From assembly GCA_964372375.1 (NCBI GenBank), contig CAYJQF010000004.1, positions 1-42,731 of the forward strand: a stretch of 42,731 bases of DNA, read 5' to 3'. Shown piece after piece: positions 33,165-41,861 of the stretch. A program made the position numbers and the translations under genes. The notes beneath the pieces were generated by a model that did no database searches, was not told the DNA's origin, and worked only from the letters and a program-made list of their open reading frames with translations. Source of the DNA: Candidatus Woesearchaeota archaeon. Its GTDB lineage: Archaea; Nanobdellota; Nanobdellia; Pacearchaeales; GW2011-AR1. Numbering within the stretch: the first letter of the stretch is position 1; each line of letters opens with the position of its first letter.

Positions 33165-33251
33165 GGTATATTCGATACCTTCATCTGGTATATTTTAATC
33201 CTTATAAGCTTTGCGGTATATTCTATACCTTCATCTGGTATATTTTAATCC
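33165..33251. repeat. two tandem 37-bp units (one mismatch, 50-bp period) in the cassette promoter
   Basis: ggtatattcgataccttcatctggtatattttaatcc / ggtatattctataccttcatctggtatattttaatcc. On the minus strand each unit reads TTAAAATATACC-N7-GGTATA-N3-TATACC. Confidence 0.9.
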
Positions 33252-33295
33252 GCTTCAAGGCGCGTTAGTTCAGAGAGGCAGAGGAAAAGCCCTCT

Positions 33296-33342
33296 ACTTT
33301 CTTTTTGTTACTCTTGTAATCACTTATTGTTACACATGTAAT
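33296..33342. repeat. copy 2 of the 47-bp dispersed direct repeat
   Basis: See 31120-31166. Here the position matching copy 1's ATG reads AAG. Confidence 0.9.
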
Positions 33343-33360
33343 AGCAGGTTTCTTCACTAG

Positions 33361-33369
33361 TTTTATATA
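33361..33369 (+). promoter_or_regulatory. TATA-like box for lig
   Basis: ttttatata ends 22 nt before ATG 33391. Confidence 0.5.
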
Positions 33370-33390
33370 GCTCAGAAAGGTTTCTTACTC

Positions 33391-35061
33391 ATGCTCTATC
33401 AGGAAGTTGTGGAAATATATGAAGCATTGGCAGGGACGACGAAACGGCTGGAGAAAGCAGATATGCTTGCTCCTTTCCTGCACAAGCTGGGAAAGCAGGG
33501 AAAGCCGGAATGGGTGTATCTCTTGCAGGGAAAAGTGATGCCAGACCATGATAGCAGGGAGTTTGGCATTTCTACTCAGCTTGTTTTGAAGGCACTTGCG
33601 CAGGCGTATGCTTGCAAGCAAGAAGCTGTTTTAGAACGATTTAAGAGGAAAGGTGATCTTGGAGAGCTGGCAGAGTATTATGCTGCTGTGCGGAAGCAGG
33701 CACTGCTCTCTTCCAAGCCGTTGCAGGTAGAGCGCGTGTTTACTCAGTTACGGCAGGTTATGGACGTTGCAGGCAAGGGAGCAGTCGAGAAGAAATTAAC
33801 CCTTATTGGAGCACTGCTTGCTCACGCTTCACCTTTGGAGGCAAAGTATCTTATCAGGACATTGGTACAAGATTTACGAATTGGTGTGCAGGCTGCCCTC
33901 ATTGTGGATGCTTTGTGCAAAGCATTTCCTGATAGCAGCAAGGAGGCTGTTCAGAAAGCATATGACAGCAGCGGTGATTTTGCGCTTGTGTTCCTCGCGG
34001 CTGGAAAAGGGAAAAAAATGCTGGAAACGATTGGCATTCTTCCTGGCAGGCCGCTACATCCCATGTTAGCAGTTCCCGTACAAGATATTGCCGAAGGGTT
34101 TGAAGTGTGTGGGAAGCCGGCAGCCTTGGAATTTAAGTATGATGGTTTCCGCTTGTTGATTCATAAGAGTAAGAGGAAGATACAGTTGTTTACTCGGAGG
34201 TTGGACGAAGTGAGTACGCAGTTTCCTGATGTGGTACAGGCAGTGGAGCAGTATGTACAGGGAACTGACTTTATCTTAGATGCTGAGGCAGTAGGGTTTG
34301 ACCAGAAGACGGGGAAGTACTTACCCTTTGAAGCTATCAGCCGGAGAATTAAGAGAAAGCATGACATCCAGACATTGCTGGAACAGCTGCCGGTGGAAGT
34401 GAATGTGTTTGATATTCTGTATTATGAAGGGAAGAGTGTGATGGAGCAGCCGTTTCTTGCCAGAAGAAAACTGGTTGAACAGCTGGTGGACAGGAAGGAG
34501 CGCATTATTAGACCTTCAGAGCTGCTTGTTACTGGAGAGGTGCAGGAAGCCGAGCAGTTTTATGAGAAAGCATTGGAGCAAGGAGAGGAAGGTATTATGA
34601 TTAAGAATATCAGTGCACGGTATCAGCAGGGGAGGAAAGTAGGCTATATGGTGAAGCTTAAGCCGGTGGTGAAAGACCTTGATTTAGTCATTGTGGGAGC
34701 AGAGCATGGTACGGGTAAACGAGCAGGCTGGCTTACGAGCTATAGTGTTGCGTGCAGGTCTGGAAATGCCTTTTTGGAAGTAGGCAAGGTAAGCTCAGGA
34801 TTAAAGGAAAAAGAGGAAGAAGGCATGACGTATGCGGAGATGACGAAACTACTCAAGCCTTTACTACTTGAGAAGACAGAAGAAGGAGTGAAAGTACAAC
34901 CAAAAGTAGTAATGGCAGTTACGTATCAGAACATACAGAAAAGCCCGAGCTATAGTTCTGGTTATGCTTTGCGTTTTCCGAGAATTAGCGCTTATCGGCC
35001 GGATAGGGGAACAGAAGATATTGCCAGTTTGAAGGATATTGAAAAGGCAGCTCGGCAGTAA
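33391..35061 (+). CDS. lig: ATP-dependent DNA ligase
   Basis: Adenylation motif I (EFKYDGFR), EGIMIK, LDLVIVGAEHGTGKRAG and the typical C-terminal OB domain. Confidence 0.93.
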   Translation: MLYQEVVEIYEALAGTTKRLEKADMLAPFLHKLGKQGKPEWVYLLQGKVMPDHDSREFGISTQLVLKALAQAYACKQEAVLERFKRKGDLGELAEYYAAVRKQALLSSKPLQVERVFTQLRQVMDVAGKGAVEKKLTLIGALLAHASPLEAKYLIRTLVQDLRIGVQAALIVDALCKAFPDSSKEAVQKAYDSSGDFALVFLAAGKGKKMLETIGILPGRPLHPMLAVPVQDIAEGFEVCGKPAALEFKYDGFRLLIHKSKRKIQLFTRRLDEVSTQFPDVVQAVEQYVQGTDFILDAEAVGFDQKTGKYLPFEAISRRIKRKHDIQTLLEQLPVEVNVFDILYYEGKSVMEQPFLARRKLVEQLVDRKERIIRPSELLVTGEVQEAEQFYEKALEQGEEGIMIKNISARYQQGRKVGYMVKLKPVVKDLDLVIVGAEHGTGKRAGWLTSYSVACRSGNAFLEVGKVSSGLKEKEEEGMTYAEMTKLLKPLLLEKTEEGVKVQPKVVMAVTYQNIQKSPSYSSGYALRFPRISAYRPDRGTEDIASLKDIEKAARQ

Positions 35062-35081
35062 GACCTTTAAAAAGCAAAAGC

Positions 35082-35090
35082 TTTTTAAAT
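35082..35090 (+). promoter_or_regulatory. TATA-like box for tbp
   Basis: tttttaaat ends 25 nt before ATG 35115. Confidence 0.5.
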
Positions 35091-35114
35091 GACTTTGGTT
35101 TAAAAAGGATATAC

Positions 35115-35672
35115 ATGTCCGCGAAGTCTAATCTCAAGGTTCAGAATATCGTTGCTACCACCTCTTTGGGCAAAGAAGTTTCATTGACCAAACTTGCACG
35201 GACGCAGAGCAATACGGAATATAATCCTGAGCAATTTCCCGGCTTGGTATTGCGTATTGAGAAACCAAAGTCTGCCGTGCTCGTGTTTAGTTCCGGGAAT
35301 TTGGTGTGTACGGGAACCAAGAGTGTTGCACAGGTAAAGGAAGTGATTAAAGCAGTCATCCGGCAGATTGCAAAGATAGGAGTGAAGATAACCCAAACGC
35401 CCAAAATTACGGTGCAGAACATTGTTGCTTCAGGCAGCATAGACTTGAATTTGAATTTGAATTTACTTGCACTCCAATTAGAAAATACTGAATATGAACC
35501 TGAGCAATTTCCCGGATTAGTCTATAAGTTAGTAGATCCAACGGCGACTTTTCTTTTATTCTCAAATGGAAAATTGGTGTGTACGGGGACGAAAAATAAG
35601 CAGCAGCTTGAAGAGGCAATGAAGCAATTGAATAGAAATATTAAAGAAGCAGTGAGGGCATCGAAAGAGTAA
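35115..35672 (+). CDS. tbp: TATA-box binding protein
   Basis: Two internal repeats, each with QNIVA...YNPEQFPGLV...LVFSSGKLVCTG. Confidence 0.95.
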   Translation: MSAKSNLKVQNIVATTSLGKEVSLTKLARTQSNTEYNPEQFPGLVLRIEKPKSAVLVFSSGNLVCTGTKSVAQVKEVIKAVIRQIAKIGVKITQTPKITVQNIVASGSIDLNLNLNLLALQLENTEYEPEQFPGLVYKLVDPTATFLLFSNGKLVCTGTKNKQQLEEAMKQLNRNIKEAVRASKE

Positions 35673-35697
35673 AATACTGTAACGCCTTCTTTTTTAG

Positions 35698-36474
35698 ATG
35701 AGTATTCTTGAGGAAATTGTAGCATATAAGCGAAAGGATGTTAAACGCAGAGAACGGCAGCATTCAATAGCTTCTTTTTTTGATTTTCTGGAGAAGAGCA
35801 GATGTCTGCCTTTGAAGAAGCTTTTTCCGAAGGGAACTGTTAACATTATCGGAGAACTGAAGCGGCGCTCGCCGTTTGGAGGAGAGCTGGTGAGGGACTA
35901 TGAGCCTGTTGCTCTGGCTCGGCAGTTAGAGCCGTACTGTCGCGCGTTATCAGTATTGACTGATGAACATTTTTTCGGCGGCACATTGGATGACTTGATG
36001 TTTGTTGCGAGTGCTGTCAGTGTGCCTGTGCTTTGCAAGGATTTTGTGGTACATCCATATCAGGTATATGAGGCACGGTTATATGGCGCTGATAGCATCC
36101 TGTTCATTGCGCGAGTTCTTCCCGAAGAGCAGCTGCGTATTTGTATTAAAATTGCGCGGCATTGGAGAATGCATCCCCTTGTTGAAGTATTTGATGAACG
36201 AGATATTGGAAAAGCCCTTTCTGCAGACGCTGATTTTATTGATATTACTAATCGTGATCTTGCGACAGGAGCTATTGATTTGCGAAGGACTGAAGCGCTT
36301 GCACCGCTTATTCCGCCACACATCTATACGATAAGTGCTTCAGGCATTACTGCGTATCAGGATATTGAACGTTTGCGAGAATATGTCGATGGGTTTCTTA
36401 TTGGAAGCAGCATTTTGAAAGCTGGAAGCGCCACGGATGCGTTTGCTGCACTCTCGCTTTCAGAAAAATTTTAA
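35698..36474 (+). CDS. trpC: indole-3-glycerol phosphate synthase
   Basis: ILEEIVAYKRKDV, IGELKRRSP (E-x-K), VLTDEHFFGG, PVLCKDF, VEVFDE, ITNRDL and SASGI follow the TrpC motif order. Confidence 0.85.
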   Translation: MSILEEIVAYKRKDVKRRERQHSIASFFDFLEKSRCLPLKKLFPKGTVNIIGELKRRSPFGGELVRDYEPVALARQLEPYCRALSVLTDEHFFGGTLDDLMFVASAVSVPVLCKDFVVHPYQVYEARLYGADSILFIARVLPEEQLRICIKIARHWRMHPLVEVFDERDIGKALSADADFIDITNRDLATGAIDLRRTEALAPLIPPHIYTISASGITAYQDIERLREYVDGFLIGSSILKAGSATDAFAALSLSEKF

Positions 36475-36510
36475 GGCTTGGTTTCTGGTTTTGAGAAAAG
36501 AAGACATCTA

Positions 36511-36981
36511 TTAATTATAATGATTGAGAAGCATTTCTTCTAATGGGCAGGTCGGCAGCGCTTCAATTTCTTTCTCTTTTCTTCTTATTAAAGCTACTCT
36601 TCTAGATTTTCTTTTCACGACATTAATTTTTGCAGCATATACGTTTCCTATAGTGTTATACTGATCCCAAAAAATTCTAAGTCTTCTTCTGCGTTCTTCC
36701 AAGATATGTTCATACTTCTTTGACGGCAGAGTTATTTTGTTTTTGTATGTTACTGGAGTTGTGAGTAATTTATCATCATGTATTGGCATACTCTCCATGC
36801 TGTTTCTTTCTTTTCTATTCTCCTCTAATTTTGCAGGCTCCAGTTTTAGTTTCTTATCTCTTATCAGAACTCTATATCCTGTTCTTTCCAGTGAATAGGG
36901 GTCAAGCTCTCTTTCTCTGCTGTTTATCACAACGAAGCCACCCTGCTGCAAGAAGTAGACAGTTACATTTCTACCTTTCAC
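36511..36981 (-). CDS. hypothetical basic protein
   Basis: 156-aa ORF in an AT-rich islet, with Arg/Lys-rich stretches. No family was recognised. Confidence 0.45.
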   Translation of the reverse strand: MKGRNVTVYFLQQGGFVVINSRERELDPYSLERTGYRVLIRDKKLKLEPAKLEENRKERNSMESMPIHDDKLLTTPVTYKNKITLPSKKYEHILEERRRRLRIFWDQYNTIGNVYAAKINVVKRKSRRVALIRRKEKEIEALPTCPLEEMLLNHYN

Positions 36982-37033
36982 TAATCTTTTCAGTGTCTAG
37001 GTTTAAAAACAATATCGTTCTCTATCAGTATAA

Positions 37034-37219
37034 TCAGCCTTTCACGTCAGAAATACCGATGAGTAGAAACAGTATTCCTAAGCCGACGACAAACCAGAAT
37101 ACTCCTCCGATGAGGAATTGTAGTGCTGCAGCCCACCATCCTTGCCATACCGTTAATACCAGGACCAGAGGCACAATGAGGAGGAGCAAGCCAAGCAACA
37201 GCTCAAGCCATTTATTCAT
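37034..37219 (-). CDS. small two-TM membrane protein
   Basis: 61 aa with two clear hydrophobic helices. Confidence 0.5.
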   Translation of the reverse strand: MNKWLELLLGLLLLIVPLVLVLTVWQGWWAAALQFLIGGVFWFVVGLGILFLLIGISDVKG

Positions 37220-37307
37220 ACTGTTTTCATCCTGGGCAAGTATTTAAACATTTCTTTGATTTGACAGATGTTTTGGTATAGCATGTTGTCTTTTTTGCTT
37301 CTCGTTG

Positions 37308-37317
37308 AATTTAAATA
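37308..37317 (+). promoter_or_regulatory. TATA-like box for the SIMPL gene
   Basis: aatttaaata ends 22 nt before ATG 37339. Confidence 0.45.
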
Positions 37318-37338
37318 CTTCAAGCATCTGCGGAGGAA

Positions 37339-38052
37339 ATGCATAAAGGGATGATTTTCGGCATCGTCATTGGAATAGTGCTTGCTTTAGTTGTGGGGGT
37401 GTATTTCATATGGAGCACGGAACCAACAGTGACATCCCAGGGCATGGCTTTATTTTCTGTGCAGCCAGACCTTGTTTCGCTCTATCTTAGTGTTGAAGGC
37501 AGAGGTGCTAATGCTCAGAGTGCACAAGCCAATTACACTGAAAAAGCAGAGCAGGTGTTTGCTGCATTGGAGCAGGCAGGCATTCAGGAGAAAGCGATCC
37601 AGACGGTTAACTACAATATCTATGAAGAGTATGATTGGGTAAACGGTGACAGAAAAAGCAAAGAGTATATCGCCTCCCAGCAACTGATTATCAAAACTGC
37701 TGATTTTAAGAGCGTGGCACATCTGGTTGACGTGAGCGTGCAGGCTGGGGCGCTGGTCAGTACTATTAATTTTGAGCTTTCTCAGGAAAAGCAGAATGAG
37801 TATAAGGTACAGGCTCTTGCAGCTGCAGGCAAAGATGCGCAGCGTAAAGCAGATGCAGTCGCATCCGGATTGGGAAAGAAACTAGGGGCATTAGTCTCCG
37901 TGTCTTCTTCTGATTTCAACTATCCTGGACCGGTGGTGTATTATGCCAAGGCTGAAGCAGGAAGGGGAGATGTGCGAGAGGCTGCTGTGCGCATTACGCC
38001 TCAGGAATTAGAAGTGAGTGCATCCGTACAGGTACAGTATCGGCTCCGCTAA
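37339..38052 (+). CDS. SIMPL (DUF541) domain protein with an N-terminal anchor
   Basis: An N-terminal TM followed by a ...LSVEGRGANAQSAQ...QTVNYNIYEEYDW...ELEVSASVQVQY pattern typical of SIMPL / 26-kDa periplasmic antigen family proteins. Confidence 0.7.
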   Translation: MHKGMIFGIVIGIVLALVVGVYFIWSTEPTVTSQGMALFSVQPDLVSLYLSVEGRGANAQSAQANYTEKAEQVFAALEQAGIQEKAIQTVNYNIYEEYDWVNGDRKSKEYIASQQLIIKTADFKSVAHLVDVSVQAGALVSTINFELSQEKQNEYKVQALAAAGKDAQRKADAVASGLGKKLGALVSVSSSDFNYPGPVVYYAKAEAGRGDVREAAVRITPQELEVSASVQVQYRLR

Positions 38053-38060
38053 CGAGCAGG

Positions 38061-38069
38061 CTTAAATAG
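38061..38069 (+). promoter_or_regulatory. TATA-like box for the DHH-uppS-dys operon
   Basis: cttaaatag ends 21 nt before ATG 38090. Confidence 0.45.
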
Positions 38070-38089
38070 TTTCTTCTTGTGTTTTCAGG

Positions 38090-39133
38090 ATGTTGTCAAA
38101 AAAACAAAGCAAGGAACTGCGCGAGCACCTTGAGCGGGCTCAGAATCCATTTTTTTTATACGATAATGATGCTGATGGCTTATGCAGCTTCCTGTTGTTA
38201 CGCCGATGGTTGGGAAGAGGCATAGGAGTGGCTGTGCGAAGTTATCCTGAATTGCATGCAGGTTATGCCCAGAAAGCTCAAGCAGCAGGAGCAGATGCTG
38301 TGTTTGTGCTTGATAAGCCAGTACTTTCCAAGGCATTTGTTGCTGCGATAGCAGCAGCACACCTCCCTTTAATATGGATTGATCATCATACAGTGCCCGG
38401 ACAAGAGTTTGAGTATACGAACTTGCATATCTATAATCCTGCACGAGCAAAGAGAAACAAAAGCGGGGAGCCGGTGACGCAGCTCGTGTACGAGCTCATA
38501 GGAACAAGCAAGGACAACTGGATTGCTCTCATGGGATGCATTGCTGATCATTATCTGCCTTCCTGGGCAGAGATGTTTGCCAAGGAGTATCCTGAGTATT
38601 GGGGGGCTGGCATCAAACAGCCTTTTGATGCGTATTATATGACTGAAATTGGCAGACTTGCTCAGGCATTGAATTTTGGGTTGAAAAATGCGACGAGCCA
38701 GGTTGTTGCCTTACAGAACTATCTGCTTACCTGCACGCATCCAGGAGCGGTGCTTGCCGAGGTTCCTAGTACTGTCTTTTTTAGAAAGCACTATCAGTTT
38801 TTACGGAAGAAATATCTTTCCTTATTAGAGAAGGCCGAACAGCAACTCAAAGGCAATCTCCTCTTTTTTATGTATGCTGGAGAGATAAGTATGAGCGCTG
38901 ACTTGGCGAATGAATTGTGTTATAAGCATCCGGGGAAGGTTATTGCGGTGGCATATCAGCGTGGCGGGATTGTTACCATTTCTTTGCGGGGCAGGCAGGT
39001 AAAGCGCATTTTAGAAAAGATTTTGCCTCTGTTTCCTGGTGCATCGGGGGGAGGGCATGATGATGCAGTCGGAGCACGTATCAGAGCGGAAGATTTAAGA
39101 AGGTTTAGGGAACTTCTAGAGGAATATGTATAA
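38090..39133 (+). CDS. DHH/DHHA1-family phosphoesterase (RecJ-like)
   Basis: YDNDADGLCS (motifs I-II), WIDHH (DHH) and GGGHDDAVGARI (DHHA1 GGGH). Confidence 0.75.
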   Translation: MLSKKQSKELREHLERAQNPFFLYDNDADGLCSFLLLRRWLGRGIGVAVRSYPELHAGYAQKAQAAGADAVFVLDKPVLSKAFVAAIAAAHLPLIWIDHHTVPGQEFEYTNLHIYNPARAKRNKSGEPVTQLVYELIGTSKDNWIALMGCIADHYLPSWAEMFAKEYPEYWGAGIKQPFDAYYMTEIGRLAQALNFGLKNATSQVVALQNYLLTCTHPGAVLAEVPSTVFFRKHYQFLRKKYLSLLEKAEQQLKGNLLFFMYAGEISMSADLANELCYKHPGKVIAVAYQRGGIVTISLRGRQVKRILEKILPLFPGASGGGHDDAVGARIRAEDLRRFRELLEEYV

Positions 39134-39857
39134 GCAACAAAGTGTCGAGCAGGTGCAGAGGATTCCGAGGCATATCGCCTTGATTCCTGATGGAAACCGA
39201 AGATGGGCAGTAGCGCATGGCATGAAAGTAATTATGGGGCATTATACTTCGGGAACAATTGAGCATGTTAAGTCGTTGCTTGAAGAGGCACGGAAACTGG
39301 GAGTGCGGTATTTCTCTATCTGGGGCTTTTCAACAGAGAACTGGAAGCGGGATGATGAAGAGGTGAAGGCAATCTTTAAACTTATTTTGACGAATGTGAA
39401 ACAGTGCCATGCATATGCGCATGAGCATCAGGTCTGTTTTCGCCATATTGGCAGGAAAGATAGGCTGCCTCAAGAACTCTTGGATGAGCTGGCAGTGCTT
39501 GAAGCTGAGACCAAAGACTACCGGTCTTTGCAGGTGCAGTTATGCTTGGACTATGGAGGGAGAGATGAGCTGGTCAGGGCAATTAACAAACTATTACAAG
39601 CAGGCATCAACCAGATAAGTGAACAGGAAGTGCGTGCGTATTTGGATTCTCCTGATATTCCTGATCCTGATCTTATTATCAGGACTTCAGGAGAGTTTAG
39701 GACAAGCGGATTTATGCCGTATCAAGCAGCATATGCTGAATTGTATTTTACTGACAAGCACTTTCCTGAATTTATGGCAGAGGACTTGCAGGAAGCCGTT
39801 GCCTGGTTTTCGAGAAGAGAACGAAGGTTCGGTGGAAATAGCAGAAGCAACTCATAA
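39126..39857 (+). CDS. uppS: cis-prenyltransferase (undecaprenyl/polyprenyl diphosphate synthase)
   Basis: PRHIALIPDGNRRWA, FSTENWKR and IRTSGEFRTSGFMPYQAAYAELYF. Confidence 0.92.
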   Translation: MYKQQSVEQVQRIPRHIALIPDGNRRWAVAHGMKVIMGHYTSGTIEHVKSLLEEARKLGVRYFSIWGFSTENWKRDDEEVKAIFKLILTNVKQCHAYAHEHQVCFRHIGRKDRLPQELLDELAVLEAETKDYRSLQVQLCLDYGGRDELVRAINKLLQAGINQISEQEVRAYLDSPDIPDPDLIIRTSGEFRTSGFMPYQAAYAELYFTDKHFPEFMAEDLQEAVAWFSRRERRFGGNSRSNS

Positions 39858-39881
39858 TTGTATCTGCCTTCTTATACTATC

Positions 39882-40874
39882 ATGACTGACGACAATGAAT
39901 CTATTGCACGTATGAACTTGTTACGAAACAGCAAAGCTATTAGTGGTATTGCTATCAAAGGATATGATTTCAATCACGGTGTTGATTATACGGCTCTTAT
40001 CAAAAGTTTTACCAGCACCGGATACCAAGCAACAGAATTTTCTAAGGCTACGGAGATTGTTAATAGGATGCTTCTCGATCGGGCAACTATCTTTTTAGGG
40101 TATACGAGCAACATGGTTTCTTCCGGCTTACGTGATGTGTTCAGGTATTTAGTCGAGCATAAGCTGGTGCATGTTGTGGTGACGACTGCTGGAGGTATTG
40201 AGGAAGATATTATCAAATGCCTCGGGGATTTTATTCTCGGAGATTTTAGAGCATCAGGTGCAGAGTTGCGTAAGCAAGGGATAAATAGAATTGGAAATAT
40301 TTATGCGCCTAATTCGTTATATGTGCAGTTTGAGCAGTTTATGCGGCCTCTTTTGGATGAAGTATATGCTGAACAAAAAAAAGGCAGGGTGATAACGCCT
40401 TCAGACTTAGTCTGGAAATTAGGAGAGAAAATTAATAATCCTGCAAGTATTTGTTACTGGGCGTGGAAAAACAAGATACGTATCTACTGTCCTGCGTTCA
40501 CAGATGGGGCATTGGGAGACAATATGTATTTTAGTATGTTTAAGCATCCAGGCTTTGTACTTGATATTGCCTTGGATAATCAGAGGCTGAACGATATGAC
40601 TATTGGCCTACAGAAATCTGGATTGATCATTCTGGGGAGCGGGGTGGTGAAACATTCTATTTTAAATGCTAATATGCTCAGGAATGGGGCAGAGTATGCA
40701 GTGTATATCAACACTGCACACGAGCTTGATGGGAGCGATGCGGGAGCATTGCCCGACGAGGCAGTTTCATGGGGAAAGATTCTTCCTTCTGGGAAAGGAG
40801 CAATGGTTAAGGTATTTGGCGATGCAACGATTTTGTTTCCTTTGCTTGTAGCAGAAACGTTTGCGAAGCAATAG
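39882..40874 (+). CDS. dys: deoxyhypusine synthase
   Basis: GYTSNMVSSGLRDVFRYLVEHKLVHVVVTTAGGIEEDIIKC and the catalytic-region ...EAVSWGKI. ATG 39882 is preferred over the TTG at 39858. Confidence 0.9.
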   Translation: MTDDNESIARMNLLRNSKAISGIAIKGYDFNHGVDYTALIKSFTSTGYQATEFSKATEIVNRMLLDRATIFLGYTSNMVSSGLRDVFRYLVEHKLVHVVVTTAGGIEEDIIKCLGDFILGDFRASGAELRKQGINRIGNIYAPNSLYVQFEQFMRPLLDEVYAEQKKGRVITPSDLVWKLGEKINNPASICYWAWKNKIRIYCPAFTDGALGDNMYFSMFKHPGFVLDIALDNQRLNDMTIGLQKSGLIILGSGVVKHSILNANMLRNGAEYAVYINTAHELDGSDAGALPDEAVSWGKILPSGKGAMVKVFGDATILFPLLVAETFAKQ

Positions 40875-40892
40875 CTTGAGTTGATTAATAAT

Positions 40893-40902
40893 CTTTAAAT
40901 AG
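40893..40902 (+). promoter_or_regulatory. TATA-like box for the glycine-rich protein gene
   Basis: ctttaaatag ends 21 nt before ATG 40923. Confidence 0.45.
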
Positions 40903-40922
40903 TTCTTTATTCTAGGGAAAAC

Positions 40923-41861
40923 ATGAAGATAGAGGTACATGTTACTAAAAGATATTTCTTTGGTATTCTTGGATTAGTTTTACTGCTCGCTGGGGTGTTG
41001 ATGGTGTATGCGTATGGGACCAGCACCCCTTCTGTCTTTGGGCATTCTGCCGGAGAAGTTGAAGTACAAATCAATGGGCAGACTTTTAATTTGCAGCAGG
41101 CGATCAACCAAGGCAATATTAGTGTTAATGGAGCAAGTGGAGCTGGTAGCGGAGTGCAAAGCCAGTTTACTAGAACGATTACGTTTAATGAACCGCTGTC
41201 TAATCCTCTGATTCATAGAAGCGGACCAACACATACACTTGTTTTTCCTAGCGGTGTGAGCAAGGCACGAGTTAAAGTATGGGGTGCTGGCGGAGCAGGA
41301 GGAAGTCGCATAAGTGAAAATTCTGGAGGTGGTTTTGGAGGGGGAGGGGGCGCTTACGTTGAAGGAATAATTAACGTTGTTCCTGGAGAGAAATATACGA
41401 TAACGGTCGGCAGTGGTGGCATTGCTAGATCTTCACAAACTAGCTCCCCTCCTAGTACAGGAGGGCAGAGCAGCTTTAGTTCTACAACAACTGTTCTATT
41501 ACGAGCGAACGGAGGAGGAGCTGGCGGTTCAGGAGTTGGAACTGGTGGTGCTGATAATGGCGGAACTGGTGGAACTGGCACGGTTGATGCTTCAGTTACA
41601 AACTCTTTGATTTTAGTGGGACAAAGAGGATCAGGAAATACTGCTTCGCCACCTTATCTAAAAGGAGGAGATTCTGGATTGGCAGGTCCTGGAGGCACCA
41701 ATAATAACATTGGTTTAGATAGAGGTCCTGGTTCTAGAGGTGATAGAGATGGAAAATTTCCTGGCGGTGCAGGAAGCGGGACGATAGATTGGTGGAGAGG
41801 GCTGTATGGCGCCAATGGTGGCGGTGATGGTGCAGATGGAATGGCGCAGATTGACTTTTGA
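40923..41861 (+). CDS. membrane-anchored glycine-rich domain protein
   Basis: An N-terminal TM, then KVWGAGGAGGS...GGGFGGGGGAYVEG...VPGEKYTITVGSGG...ANGGGAGGSG. Confidence 0.6.
   Translation: MKIEVHVTKRYFFGILGLVLLLAGVLMVYAYGTSTPSVFGHSAGEVEVQINGQTFNLQQAINQGNISVNGASGAGSGVQSQFTRTITFNEPLSNPLIHRSGPTHTLVFPSGVSKARVKVWGAGGAGGSRISENSGGGFGGGGGAYVEGIINVVPGEKYTITVGSGGIARSSQTSSPPSTGGQSSFSSTTTVLLRANGGGAGGSGVGTGGADNGGTGGTGTVDASVTNSLILVGQRGSGNTASPPYLKGGDSGLAGPGGTNNNIGLDRGPGSRGDRDGKFPGGAGSGTIDWWRGLYGANGGGDGADGMAQIDF

Noticed and set aside
33165-33251. Possible CRISPR array
   Set aside because: There are only two repeat units, the spacer is 13 bp, there are no cas genes, and the units contain a TATA box directly upstream of a gene. 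I interpret it as a duplicated promoter.
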